Positions 21,794-31,895 of a DNA stretch of 64,000 nt are shown piece by piece. The stretch spans positions 19,586-83,585 of the forward strand of contig CANSRH010000004.1 of assembly GCA_947649365.1 (NCBI GenBank), written 5' to 3'. Positions within the stretch are counted from its first letter, which is position 1, and every line of letters starts with the position of its first letter. The notes beneath the pieces are model-generated. The model was not told the DNA's origin, did not search any database, and saw only the letters and a program-made list of their open reading frames with translations. Origin of the DNA: an uncultured Mycoplasmatota bacterium (lineage in GTDB: Bacteria > Bacillota_I > Bacilli_A > RF39 > UBA660). The translations under genes were made by a program, and so were the position numbers.

Positions 21794-23467
21794 GTGAAAA
21801 GAAAAAACAAATTAACTTTAGGCGCATTATCTTTAGCAGCAGTTTTATCATTTACTGGATGTAATGAGTCAAAAGAAGAACAAAGTATAGAAACAATAAC
21901 AGAAGAGATAGAAGAAAATCAAGCAACAGAAATAATAACTGCTATAAATCAAGCGACGAAACCATGTGTTGACATATTAAAAGAAATGCAAGATATAAAG
22001 AAAAATCCAGAAAGTTACATAGAAGAACTGATTTTTTTAGAAGATATCCAAATCTACTATAGTGATAATTTTAATTCATTACGGATTTATCCAAAGCGAG
22101 AGATTGAAAATCCAAAAGAAGTAGAAGAGGAATTTTATCAAAAAATAAATTTACTAATAAAAGTACTTGATATAAAAGTTTTATATATTGAAGACTTGGA
22201 AAATCAAATTGATTTTTCTAAAATTGAATTTTCGAATATTAGAGAATTAGGATTTGATAATTTTAATGGAATATTTGATAGTACAAAAGTAAATGTTTCC
22301 AATGTTGAAGAGTTAAGTTTTAGTAAATGTAATGGTCGGTTTAATTATTCTGGATTTCCAAAAAAAATCGACCAATTGTATTTATCAAACACCTCTTTAG
22401 ATATGGCAAAAGAAATTTTTTCTACTTGCGATGTAAGATATTTTTATTGGGGGGAAACAATAGAAAATACTGGAAATTTAAAAGCTTTATTAGAATATTT
22501 TATAGAAAATAATGTTCATGTTGAAACCTTTTCGTTGAATCAATGGAATAAGAAAAATTATAATGGTATTACGAAAGAAGAATTTAATTTATTAGGCAAA
22601 ACAAATATAAATGCAATACATATTTATGCGGATGGTTTTAAAGAACCGCTTGATTTAGATATAACATTAAACGAAACTATTAGTAGTTTTAATATCGATG
22701 TTTATAATACATATAGAGATGAGAATAATAATAGAATAAATGGAGAATTAGGAAATATAAAAATTAAATCTAATAATAAAGAATTGCATTTAGATTTCTC
22801 TTATGCAGATATTACTAAAAATACGCACTTTTCTGTACCAGATACTTCATGGATAGGTCTAAGTCAATTAAATTGTACAGATATTTCCGCATTTGAAGAT
22901 TTAAAAAATGTCACATATTTATGGTTTAAAGAAGATAATGGGCCTGGACCAGAAGGAGACAATCGTGGAGAAATTAGATATTGTAGTGATCCTTCTATAG
23001 AATTTTATGATGCGTTTTCATTTGATAAGAAAGTTATATATAGAGATTATGATAAATTATTAAAAAAATTAGAATGTTTTTTTAAACTAAAAGAACTAAA
23101 AGCAAGATTAGAAGTATCGCCGAATGAATACTATGATTACTATTATGAAGCGAGTATTGGAGACTATGCAACATTAATAAGTGATGATGTAGAGGTTTAT
23201 CAATCATTAGAAGACTTAAGCAACAAACAAAACCCTGTTTCTTCTTACTTTGGAACGAGTGAAGACAGATGTATCCGTTCTATTTGTTTAAAAAATGACG
23301 AAAATAAAGTCAAGGTAAACAATATGAAAGATTATGAATATTATTTGAGCGAAGGATATGAAGTGATTGGGTATACTTATATAAACCTATACGCAACTAC
23401 TTTAGAAGAGCTTGAATTTTTTGTACCTGTAGAAAACATAAAATTAATTTTTACTCCATTTAAATAA
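21794..23467 (+). CDS. surface lipoprotein with LRR-like region and conserved C-terminal domain
   Basis: Lipobox LSFTGC; LxxLxF-type repeats; C-terminus YQSLEDLSNKQNPVSSYFG..RCI..EGYEVIG..PFK shared with the upstream paralogue; GTG start after AAAGGA. Confidence 0.8.
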   Translation: MKRKNKLTLGALSLAAVLSFTGCNESKEEQSIETITEEIEENQATEIITAINQATKPCVDILKEMQDIKKNPESYIEELIFLEDIQIYYSDNFNSLRIYPKREIENPKEVEEEFYQKINLLIKVLDIKVLYIEDLENQIDFSKIEFSNIRELGFDNFNGIFDSTKVNVSNVEELSFSKCNGRFNYSGFPKKIDQLYLSNTSLDMAKEIFSTCDVRYFYWGETIENTGNLKALLEYFIENNVHVETFSLNQWNKKNYNGITKEEFNLLGKTNINAIHIYADGFKEPLDLDITLNETISSFNIDVYNTYRDENNNRINGELGNIKIKSNNKELHLDFSYADITKNTHFSVPDTSWIGLSQLNCTDISAFEDLKNVTYLWFKEDNGPGPEGDNRGEIRYCSDPSIEFYDAFSFDKKVIYRDYDKLLKKLECFFKLKELKARLEVSPNEYYDYYYEASIGDYATLISDDVEVYQSLEDLSNKQNPVSSYFGTSEDRCIRSICLKNDENKVKVNNMKDYEYYLSEGYEVIGYTYINLYATTLEELEFFVPVENIKLIFTPFK

Positions 23468-23525
23468 AAATTCTTGAAATAAAGAATTTTTTCTTTTTCT
23501 AACTATTTTTTGTTATACTAAACTT

Positions 23526-24242
23526 ATGGAAAAGTTAATAAAAGAAAAATGGACAAAACAAGAGTATCAAGAGTATATAGACTATTTAAAAAGTTGGAGT
23601 GATGAAAATTATAAAAATTTTCATAGCAAACTAACAACTACTAAATATGAAATTTTGGGAATATCTGTTCCCGTACAAAGAAAAATAGCGAATATCATTG
23701 CAAAGGGAGATATTTCCTCTTTTCTAAAACAAACAGAAAGTAACTACTATGAAGAAGTCATGATAAAAGGATTCGTTTTAGCCAAATTAAAATCAAAAGA
23801 AGAGTTATTAAACTATCTAGACGATTATGTATCACTAATTGATAACTGGGCCATTTGTGATGGATTTTGTAATAGTTTAAAAATAGTAGAAAAAGACAAA
23901 AAGTTTTGGTTTTCCTATTTCACAAATTATTTAAAAAGGAATCATGAATTTCAAGTTCGTGTTGGTTTAATAGTCTTTTTAAATTTTTATGTGAGTGATG
24001 AATATTTAGAGAAACTATTTATGTTAGTAGACCAAATAACATTAGATAAGTACTATGTCAATATGGGGATGGCTTGGCTCTTATGTGAATGTTTTACCAA
24101 ATATAGGAGTATTACATTAGATTATTTATTAAAAAGTAAAGTAAACACATTTACATTTAACAAAACGATTAGTAAAATAAAAGATAGTTATCGAGTAGCA
24201 AAAGAAGACAAAGACTACTTAAATACATTAAAAAGAAAATAA
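23526..24242 (+). CDS. DNA alkylation repair protein (AlkD-like HEAT repeat)
   Basis: IDNWAICD, YYVNMGMAWLL, ILGISVP. Confidence 0.88.
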   Translation: MEKLIKEKWTKQEYQEYIDYLKSWSDENYKNFHSKLTTTKYEILGISVPVQRKIANIIAKGDISSFLKQTESNYYEEVMIKGFVLAKLKSKEELLNYLDDYVSLIDNWAICDGFCNSLKIVEKDKKFWFSYFTNYLKRNHEFQVRVGLIVFLNFYVSDEYLEKLFMLVDQITLDKYYVNMGMAWLLCECFTKYRSITLDYLLKSKVNTFTFNKTISKIKDSYRVAKEDKDYLNTLKRK

Positions 24243-24277
24243 TTTCATTTGCTAAAAAGCAGGAAAGGAAACAAAAA

Positions 24278-24796
24278 ATGCAAAAAACAATCTTTCTATT
24301 TTTATCTTTTTTACTTTTAACAGGATGCAAAAATACGAGTATAGGGGAACTAAACGAAATTAATAACAAAATTATTGCCTATTTTTCTTCGGAACAAGCA
24401 GAATATGACAACTTAAGCTTTAACTATATCGACGAAAAGGAACATAAAATAATCGTAGGTCTTAAAAAGAATACCAAAGAAGAACAAGAAAAATTTAAAA
24501 AAGTTGTAGTAGATTCCTATCTAATTCAATTTGTAGAAGGGAAAGACTATAATAATGTACAAGAAATACTATCTGTAGAAGATTTAAAAAAGTTACAAGA
24601 AAAAATTACAAACAGAGTTTCCCAAAATAAAGAATATACCAATTTCGCGGCAATTGAAATAAACGAGGAAACGAGAAAAGTAGTAGTCACCTTAATAAAC
24701 AATACAGAAGAAGAGCAAAAATGGTTTTCAGAAAATATCGTGAATAGTCCTTACATCACTTTTATAAAAGGGGGACCATACAAAACTTCAAAATAA
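24278..24796 (+). CDS. lipoprotein with two internal ~65 aa repeats
   Basis: Lipobox LLTGC; IDEKEHKIIVGLKKNTKEEQ..VVDS..I.F..G repeated as INEETRKVVVTLINNTEEEQ..IVNS..I.F..G. Confidence 0.75.
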   Translation: MQKTIFLFLSFLLLTGCKNTSIGELNEINNKIIAYFSSEQAEYDNLSFNYIDEKEHKIIVGLKKNTKEEQEKFKKVVVDSYLIQFVEGKDYNNVQEILSVEDLKKLQEKITNRVSQNKEYTNFAAIEINEETRKVVVTLINNTEEEQKWFSENIVNSPYITFIKGGPYKTSK

Positions 24797-24836
24797 AAAT
24801 AGATTGTTGTATAATAAGAAAAGAAAAGAGGAAAAT

Positions 24837-25439
24837 ATGAAAAAGATAATAGCAATTGTTTTTAGTCTATTTTTACTAACAGGATGTGGAGAAAAAGAAA
24901 TTTTAAGTGAAGAAAAAGAATACGAAACAATAAAATACCAAGAAACAAACAAAAAAACAAATCATGTTTTAATAGAACTAGAAGATGAAAATAAAATGAT
25001 CATGGAACTATATCCTGACATAGCTCCCATTAGTGTAAAAAATTTTCAAAAACTAGTCGAAAGTGATTTTTATAATGACATTATTTTTCATCGAGTAGTA
25101 AAAGATTTTGTCATTCAAGCGGGAGATGGAACAAGTCTAGGCAGAAATGCTACGACCATAAAAGGTGAGTTTAGTAGCAATGGAATAAAAAACGACTTAA
25201 AGCATGAACGTGGTGTTGTATCCATGGCAAGATCAGGTGTAAAAGATAGTGCAAGCAGCCAGTTTTTTATCATGTTAAAAGACAATGCGAGTTTAGATGG
25301 CCAGTATGCGGCTTTTGGTCGTGTCATTGCAGGTATGGACACTGTAGATAAAATTGGTTCTGTAGTCACAGACAAAAATGACAAACCACTAAAAGATATC
25401 AAAATAAAAAGAGCAGAATTTTTGAAAGTGAGTGAATAA
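24837..25439 (+). CDS. cyclophilin-type peptidyl-prolyl isomerase, lipoprotein
   Basis: Lipobox LLTGC; FHRVVKDFVIQAGD, SMAR, SASSQFFI, LDGQYAAFG. Confidence 0.93.
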   Translation: MKKIIAIVFSLFLLTGCGEKEILSEEKEYETIKYQETNKKTNHVLIELEDENKMIMELYPDIAPISVKNFQKLVESDFYNDIIFHRVVKDFVIQAGDGTSLGRNATTIKGEFSSNGIKNDLKHERGVVSMARSGVKDSASSQFFIMLKDNASLDGQYAAFGRVIAGMDTVDKIGSVVTDKNDKPLKDIKIKRAEFLKVSE

Positions 25440-27087
25440 AATGCAAAGAGAAGAATTAGCCAATATAATCTTTCCAGAGGTAACAAAAACCATTGCGGAT
25501 TACGAAGCTATGTATCCAGAAAGAAAACTAGAAGAGAATGCTCGCGTGACTCGTTTTGCCCCAAGTCCTACAGGATTTATGCACATTGGACATTTTATGC
25601 CTTGTTTAATTGACTTTTGTTTAGCGCGTCAAAGCAAAGGAGTATTTTATCTTCGAAATGAAGATACAGATACCTCACGAACTGTGGAGGGAGCAGTAGA
25701 ATACATTCGTTCCATTTTAGACGCTTACGGACTTTATCCAGACGAATACGAATATCGTGATAGTAATGAAACAAAAGGAAGTTATGGACCTTATATTCAA
25801 AGTGAAAGAAAAGAAATCTATCAAACATTCATTAAGCATTTGGTACGAGAAGGAAAAGCATATCCTTGTTTCTTAACGAAAGAAGAAATGGATGCTATTC
25901 GCGAAGGGCAAGCCAAAGACAAAAGAAGAATAGGAATTTATGGAAGATATGCAAAATATCGTGATTTACCAGTTGAAGAAGCGATTGAAAAAATAAAAAA
26001 AGGGGAGGCTTATACCATTCGCTTAAAAAGTACGGGAGACTTCAATCGAAAATTTAAATTCAATGATTTAGTCAATGGGGAAATGGAATTTCCAGAAAAC
26101 GATATAGACATTCCAATTATGAAAAGTAAAGATGGTTTACCAACCTATCATTTTGCGCACTTAGTAGATGATCACTTAATGCATACAACGCATGTAGTAC
26201 GTGGACAAGAATGGATAAGTTCCGTTCCTGTGCATTTCGAATTATTTAAAACATTTGGTTTCAAAATGCCAAAATACATTCATATCCCATTAATCTTAAA
26301 AAAAGATGGAGAAAGTGTTAGAAAAATATCCAAGCGATTGGACCCAGAAGCCAAAATGACATATTATGAAGAAAAAGGTTATCCTACTATGGCTGTTATT
26401 GAAGCAATTATGACTATTATAAATTCTAATTATGAAGCATGGAGAGAAGGGCATTTAGATGCTCACTTTACAGAATTTGAATTTTCTCCTAAAAAGATGA
26501 GCAGCAGTGGTGCGTTATTTGACTTAGACAAATTAGACAATATATCCAAAAATTACATCAGTCGTTTAAAGAAAGAAGAAGTTTACGAGGGAGTTCTTGC
26601 ATGGAGTAAAAAATACGATCAAGAATTTGCAACAATTCTAGAACAATACAAAGACTATTCTATGGCGATATACAATATAGAAAGAGAGCAAAAAAAGCCT
26701 CGTAAAGATTACACCTATTACTCAGAAATAAAAAGTAAAACTTGGTACATGTACGACGAATACTTTCAAGATATTACTTATGATTTTGGGGAATTTAAAA
26801 AAGAGGATGTTAAAGAAATATTAACTACTTATTGGAAAGACTACTACAAAGAAGAAGATGACCAAGAAACATGGTTTAGTAAAATCAAAGAATTGTGTAC
26901 AAAACTAGGATTTGCAACAGACATGAAAGCATACAAAGCAAATCCAGAAAATTATAAAGGCAGTATTGTAGATGTAACCAACTTTATTCGAATTGCGTTA
27001 ACTACATTAACAACTACACCCAACCTTTATGATATTATGCAAATTTTAGGAAAAGAAAGAGTAGAAAAACGAATCGAAAATTTATAA
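25432..27087 (+). CDS. gltX: glutamate--tRNA ligase
   Basis: TRFAPSPTGFMHIGH, YGPYIQSER, PTYHFAHLVDDHLM, RGQEW, KISKR. Confidence 0.93.
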   Translation: MNKMQREELANIIFPEVTKTIADYEAMYPERKLEENARVTRFAPSPTGFMHIGHFMPCLIDFCLARQSKGVFYLRNEDTDTSRTVEGAVEYIRSILDAYGLYPDEYEYRDSNETKGSYGPYIQSERKEIYQTFIKHLVREGKAYPCFLTKEEMDAIREGQAKDKRRIGIYGRYAKYRDLPVEEAIEKIKKGEAYTIRLKSTGDFNRKFKFNDLVNGEMEFPENDIDIPIMKSKDGLPTYHFAHLVDDHLMHTTHVVRGQEWISSVPVHFELFKTFGFKMPKYIHIPLILKKDGESVRKISKRLDPEAKMTYYEEKGYPTMAVIEAIMTIINSNYEAWREGHLDAHFTEFEFSPKKMSSSGALFDLDKLDNISKNYISRLKKEEVYEGVLAWSKKYDQEFATILEQYKDYSMAIYNIEREQKKPRKDYTYYSEIKSKTWYMYDEYFQDITYDFGEFKKEDVKEILTTYWKDYYKEEDDQETWFSKIKELCTKLGFATDMKAYKANPENYKGSIVDVTNFIRIALTTLTTTPNLYDIMQILGKERVEKRIENL

Positions 27088-27225
27088 GAAACATGTACTT
27101 CCAAATGAAGTACTTTTTCTTTTAACTAAAAAAATTTAAAAACTTCTCCAAATTCTTGCATAATCACTAGTTTTTTTTCATATTTTTCGTTATAATAGCC
27201 GTAGTAAAAAGTGGTGAGGAATATT

Positions 27226-29076
27226 ATGGCTCAAGGCAAGAAAAAAAGAAAAATCAAAGACACAAAAATAAATACTAAAAAAGAACCAATAAAAAAACTA
27301 GAAGATAGAAAAGAAGAGCCCACTACAAACTCGGCGAAAAAAAAGGAAAAAGAAATTGTGAGTGAAAAAATGCCGAAAGAAAAAAAAGAAAGTAGTGCAA
27401 GTAAAAAAACAACTTCCAATCGAGGAACAAAAACAACACTTCCAAAAGAAAAAAAAGAAATAGCAAAAGAGGAAAAGAACAAACTCTCTGAAACAAAATC
27501 AAATCATTCAAAAGAAATAAAAAAAACCTCTTCTAAAAAAAGAGTTGAAAAAGAAAGAGCGGAAAAAAAGAAATCAACAGTCAAGAAAAAAACAGAAGAA
27601 CCAAAAATAGTAAAAACAACAACAAAAAAAGCAACAGAGAAAGAAGAGCAAAAAAAAGAAACCAAAACTTTAACAGAGACAAAACAAAAGAAAACAGAAA
27701 ATACAAATACCAAAAAGAAAAAAACGTCGGTACAAAAAAAGAAATCGGAAGAACAACCAAGAAAGAAAACGACAGAAAAAAAGAAAGCGAATAACAACAA
27801 AGAAGCAGCAAAAGTAAAATCTGCTAAAGAAAAAAAGAAAGCTGTATCGTCAAAATCAAAAAAAGTTAGTCAAACACCTGAAAAGAAATTTAGTAAACAG
27901 CAAAGAAAAGAATTAGAAAAAAAGGGAATCGATTTTCTTTTAACAATTGCAAAAAAGATAAAACAACTTGCCATACAATTTTTTATTTTTTCTAAAGTTC
28001 AAGCAAAAAAAGGAAAGCAACTATTAAAAAAAATAATAGAAGTTTTAAAAATAGGACTTGGAAAATTACAAAAAGGAATTCGTCAATTTTATAAATACTT
28101 AAAAGAAAAATACAAAGTACACCAAGAAAAAAGAAAAAAGAAAAAAGAAGAAAAATATGTAAAAAAGGTAGCTTTAAAAGAACAAAAAGAAAATACAAAA
28201 AAAATATTAGCTTACCAAAAAGAACAAACGATAAAATCCAATGAAAAAACTACAAAAGACAAGAAAGAAGAATCAAAAGAAAAAAAGAAAAAAAGAGTAC
28301 CTAAAACACCAATCGTTTTAGGAGGTCTTCTTATTCTATATTTTGTAGCAACTACACTTCCATATGGAACAAGAGAATATGTATCCGGAGCTTCTGGAAA
28401 AATAATTGATGTTCCAAAATTAACAAAACTAAAAGAAGAATGCTGTAATTATAAAGCAACTTTTACAACAATACGAAGTATAAAATCCTTAGAAAAAGAA
28501 ATGGAGCAATTAATAGCCTCTTATCAAAAATTAAATTGTGACAACAAATCATATGTTTATAACGAAAAAGGGGATTACACCATTACAGAATATAGTTTAA
28601 AAAAAGGAAAAATTTTTAATGAAATAACCATTACCTACGGAAAAGGAAATTCCTGTGAATTAGACACAACTTTTAAAAAATTAGAATTTTTACCAAATTC
28701 CTTTTCCTTAGAAGATGCTAAAAAAGATGGTAACTACGTAGTAACAAAAGAAAAAATATACAATCCAGAAGCTTATACCAAATTTATGGAAGAAGTAGAA
28801 AAGAAAAATGTAAATACTTTACGAATTGTAAAAACCAATGAAGAAGGAGATTTACTAATCACAGATGTAGAATATTTAAAAGAAGGAAAAATCAAAGTAA
28901 CTTACGACAAAACAAGAGATAGAAACAACAAAGACAACTACATTATGGCTTATAAATACGACCATATCGGAATCTATAAAAATAAATTGTATGCTTACAA
29001 TGGTTCAGCCTTAAATAACGATGTCATAAAAAGTAAAAATGCCTATTACTTAATAGATATTCCAAAAGAAAAGTAA
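27226..29076 (+). CDS. membrane protein with ~350 aa Lys-rich low-complexity N-terminus, single TM and DUF4362-like C-terminal domain
   Basis: K/E/T/S-rich N-terminus; TM IVLGGLLILYFVA; LRIVKTNEEGDLLITDVEY..YDKTRD resembles DUF4362. Confidence 0.7.
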   Translation: MAQGKKKRKIKDTKINTKKEPIKKLEDRKEEPTTNSAKKKEKEIVSEKMPKEKKESSASKKTTSNRGTKTTLPKEKKEIAKEEKNKLSETKSNHSKEIKKTSSKKRVEKERAEKKKSTVKKKTEEPKIVKTTTKKATEKEEQKKETKTLTETKQKKTENTNTKKKKTSVQKKKSEEQPRKKTTEKKKANNNKEAAKVKSAKEKKKAVSSKSKKVSQTPEKKFSKQQRKELEKKGIDFLLTIAKKIKQLAIQFFIFSKVQAKKGKQLLKKIIEVLKIGLGKLQKGIRQFYKYLKEKYKVHQEKRKKKKEEKYVKKVALKEQKENTKKILAYQKEQTIKSNEKTTKDKKEESKEKKKKRVPKTPIVLGGLLILYFVATTLPYGTREYVSGASGKIIDVPKLTKLKEECCNYKATFTTIRSIKSLEKEMEQLIASYQKLNCDNKSYVYNEKGDYTITEYSLKKGKIFNEITITYGKGNSCELDTTFKKLEFLPNSFSLEDAKKDGNYVVTKEKIYNPEAYTKFMEEVEKKNVNTLRIVKTNEEGDLLITDVEYLKEGKIKVTYDKTRDRNNKDNYIMAYKYDHIGIYKNKLYAYNGSALNNDVIKSKNAYYLIDIPKEK

Positions 29077-29093
29077 AAAAACACAAAATTTAG

Positions 29094-29125
29094 CACTATT
29101 CTATAAACCATAGAATAGTGTTTTA
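29094..29125 (+). terminator. intrinsic terminator
   Basis: CACTATTCTAT-aaacc-ATAGAATAGTG followed by TTTT. Confidence 0.7.
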
Positions 29126-29316
29126 TAGCTTATAAGTTTATATATTTGTACCTTTGTATAAGATGAAGAAATGGTGAAAGTATAAAATTTCTTTGAGTTA
29201 ATAAAAAAAATAGTGAAATGGAAATGCAAAATTAGAGAAATTAGAAATAAAGAATTATTTTAATGATAGCAAAACATTTTCAACTCCTATTAGACATAAA
29301 AAAGAAGGAATCTAAA

Positions 29317-29664
29317 ATGAAAAAAGAAAAATTAGTTAATGAATTTAATAAAATAAATGCTACTAGCAATTTAAAAGAAATTCAAGAATATATACTTAAA
29401 ATGATGAAAATCAATGAATTTAACAATACCCCATTAGAATTATTTTGTTATCTAGCAGAAGAAGTGGGAGAATTAGCCAAAGAAATCAGAAAAAACGAAA
29501 AAAATATGGAAATGGACATAAAAAAAGAGTATAAATCTTGTTTAAAATATGAAATAGCAGATGTATTTATTTATCTACTCGCATTATGTAATTCATATAA
29601 TATTAATCTTCTAGAAGCATTTAAAGAAAAAGAAAAGATAAATTTGGATAGAATTTGGAAGTGA
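29317..29664 (+). CDS. MazG-like nucleotide pyrophosphohydrolase
   Basis: LAEEVGELAKEI...EIADVFIYLL...EKEKIN..R. Confidence 0.88.
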   Translation: MKKEKLVNEFNKINATSNLKEIQEYILKMMKINEFNNTPLELFCYLAEEVGELAKEIRKNEKNMEMDIKKEYKSCLKYEIADVFIYLLALCNSYNINLLEAFKEKEKINLDRIWK

Positions 29665-30410
29665 AAAAGAGTGTGGATAATAGGAAGAAACAAAAAACGT
29701 TTGGAGATAATGTTCTAGAATTTAATGAATGGTTATCAAATAGTTCTTTAGAATTATTTGATAATTATAGGATGAACAATCCATTTAGTGGTAAAAATAG
29801 AACACAAATTCAAGAAATGACAAAGATTTTTTATAACAAATATTATAAGGATTATAAAAAAAGAATTTTAATACTTGGCAGTTCTCCTGCAAGAAAAGGC
29901 TCATCCATAACGGGAATTCCATTTGAAGATGCAAATCATCTTTACAAAGAAACAGGAATTCTCATTGATAATTTTTATATCAATCCATCCTCTTCTAATT
30001 TTTTGTATGAAGTGATGGAACAATATGGAGGTTGTGAAAAATTTTATAAAAACTTTTTTATGAGTTTTGTTTGTCCATTAGGCATAGTAAAAACAAATAC
30101 AAAAGGAAAGGAAGTAAATTCTAATTATTACGAAAGTAAAAAATTGGAGAATGCTTTGAACAATTTTATTGTTGAATCTTTAAAAAAACAAATTGCTTTT
30201 GGAATAGATACATCTCTGTGTTATTGTATAGGAAGTGGAGAAAATTTTAAATATTTAACAAAAATAAATGAACAATATAAATTTTTTGATAAGATAATTG
30301 CTTTAGAACATCCAAGATTTATTATGCAATATAATAAAAAAGAGAAAAAGAAATACTTAGAAAAGTACATGGCTGCTTTAAAGGTAAGTACAAAAAAAGA
30401 GAAAATTTAA
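29661..30410 (+). CDS. uracil-DNA glycosylase superfamily protein (SMUG2/DUF4918 type)
   Basis: GSSPARKGSSITGIPFED, FVCPLG, NYYE, LEHPRFIMQY; GTGA overlap with mazG. Confidence 0.85.
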   Translation: MKKSVDNRKKQKTFGDNVLEFNEWLSNSSLELFDNYRMNNPFSGKNRTQIQEMTKIFYNKYYKDYKKRILILGSSPARKGSSITGIPFEDANHLYKETGILIDNFYINPSSSNFLYEVMEQYGGCEKFYKNFFMSFVCPLGIVKTNTKGKEVNSNYYESKKLENALNNFIVESLKKQIAFGIDTSLCYCIGSGENFKYLTKINEQYKFFDKIIALEHPRFIMQYNKKEKKKYLEKYMAALKVSTKKEKI

Positions 30411-31738
30411 GACAAATCCTCTATAATCTCTTTAAATTCTAGACCACGTTTTTCAAAATCAGGATATTGGTCCCAAGAAGCACACGCGGGACTAAGTAAG
30501 ATTACATCTCCTGGAGAACTTACTTCATAAGCTTTTAAAGTAGCTTCTTTCATTGTAGGAAAAACATAAACTTCTTTCCCGTTTTGTAAAGCAAACTCTT
30601 TGATTTTATCTTTTGTTTCGCCAAAACAGAAAATAGCTTTCACATTTTTTAAATGCGGAGCAATATCTGTAAAAGGAATATTTCGGTCCAATCCTCCCAT
30701 TAAAAGAAGAGTAGGCTCTGAAAAAGAATCAAGTGCAATCATGGTAGATTGATTGTTCGTAGCTTTCGAATCGTTATAAAAAGTTCTTCCATTTATTGTT
30801 TTAACAAATTCCATGCGGTGTTCTACGCCACCAAATTCTTTCAAAAAGTCTTGAATTGCTGTATTAGTAACACCAAACAATTTTGCTAAAGCAATACCCA
30901 CCATACAATTTTCATAATTATGTACCCCTTTTAATTTGATAGTGTCACAAGAAACAATGGATTCATCATGATAATAAATTTGATTTTCTTTCAAATAAAT
31001 ATCAGCTGTATTTTTACTTGAAAAATAAATGGTATGAGAAGGAATATCATTTGTAAGTTCTAAAACATCATGATTCTCTTGATTTAAAATAGCAATATCC
31101 TTTTCCGTGTGGTGATTAAAAATTCTTTTTTTCATATTCTTATAGTTTTCATAAGAACCATGAAAATCCAAATGCACTTCACTTAAATTAGTAAGAACAC
31201 TAATATCCGTTTTGAATTGGTACATATCACAAAGTTGATGATCAGAAATTTCTAAAACCAAAATAGAATCACTTTCAATTTCGGGAACCAAAGCGGCAAG
31301 GGGAGTACCGATGTTTCCACCTACATATACTTTTTTTCCACTTCGTTTTAATAATTCATAAGCAATTGTCGTTGTTGTTGTTTTTCCATTGGAACCAGTG
31401 ATTCCAATAATTGTCACATCCTTAGGTAAAAAAGCAAAGCTTGCTTCCATTTCATTCAAAACGGGAATAGCAAGTTGATTGGCTTTTAAAACCGCAGGGG
31501 CATCTTTAGGAATTGCTGGATTTTTAATAACACAATCCCAAGTTTCATTCACTAGAGTTTCTTGGGCATCTGTAATCACAACTTGTATTCCTAAACTTTG
31601 CAACTCTTTTAAAGTTTCCTCCGTTTGTTCTTTCTTATCAGAGATTGTTATTTTATTTTCATAACGGCTAAGAAGTCGTGCAATAGCAAGTCCACTACGA
31701 GCCATTCCTAGAATTAGCACTTTTTGATTATTGATCAT
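30407..31738 (-). CDS. murD: UDP-N-acetylmuramoyl-L-alanine--D-glutamate ligase
   Basis: GMARSG, ITGSNGKTTT, GNIG, HRMEFV, YNDSKATN, LSPACASWD. Confidence 0.97.
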   Translation of the reverse strand: MINNQKVLILGMARSGLAIARLLSRYENKITISDKKEQTEETLKELQSLGIQVVITDAQETLVNETWDCVIKNPAIPKDAPAVLKANQLAIPVLNEMEASFAFLPKDVTIIGITGSNGKTTTTTIAYELLKRSGKKVYVGGNIGTPLAALVPEIESDSILVLEISDHQLCDMYQFKTDISVLTNLSEVHLDFHGSYENYKNMKKRIFNHHTEKDIAILNQENHDVLELTNDIPSHTIYFSSKNTADIYLKENQIYYHDESIVSCDTIKLKGVHNYENCMVGIALAKLFGVTNTAIQDFLKEFGGVEHRMEFVKTINGRTFYNDSKATNNQSTMIALDSFSEPTLLLMGGLDRNIPFTDIAPHLKNVKAIFCFGETKDKIKEFALQNGKEVYVFPTMKEATLKAYEVSSPGDVILLSPACASWDQYPDFEKRGLEFKEIIEDLS

Positions 31739-31895
31739 TTGAAAAACCTCATTTCCAATTCAAATTTATTCATAAATTGTATCAATAAAAGATATGTTTA
31801 TTATAGTGCATAATTGCATAAATTTCCAAATAAAATTTTACTTTGCATAAAAAGTATTTTTTTGATATAGTTATGATAAGAAAGGTGTGAGAATT

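Noticed and set aside
27231-28198. Several Phe-rich minus-strand ORFs, and similar short antisense ORFs throughout the window
   Set aside because: Shadows of A-rich plus-strand genes; no RBS or motifs
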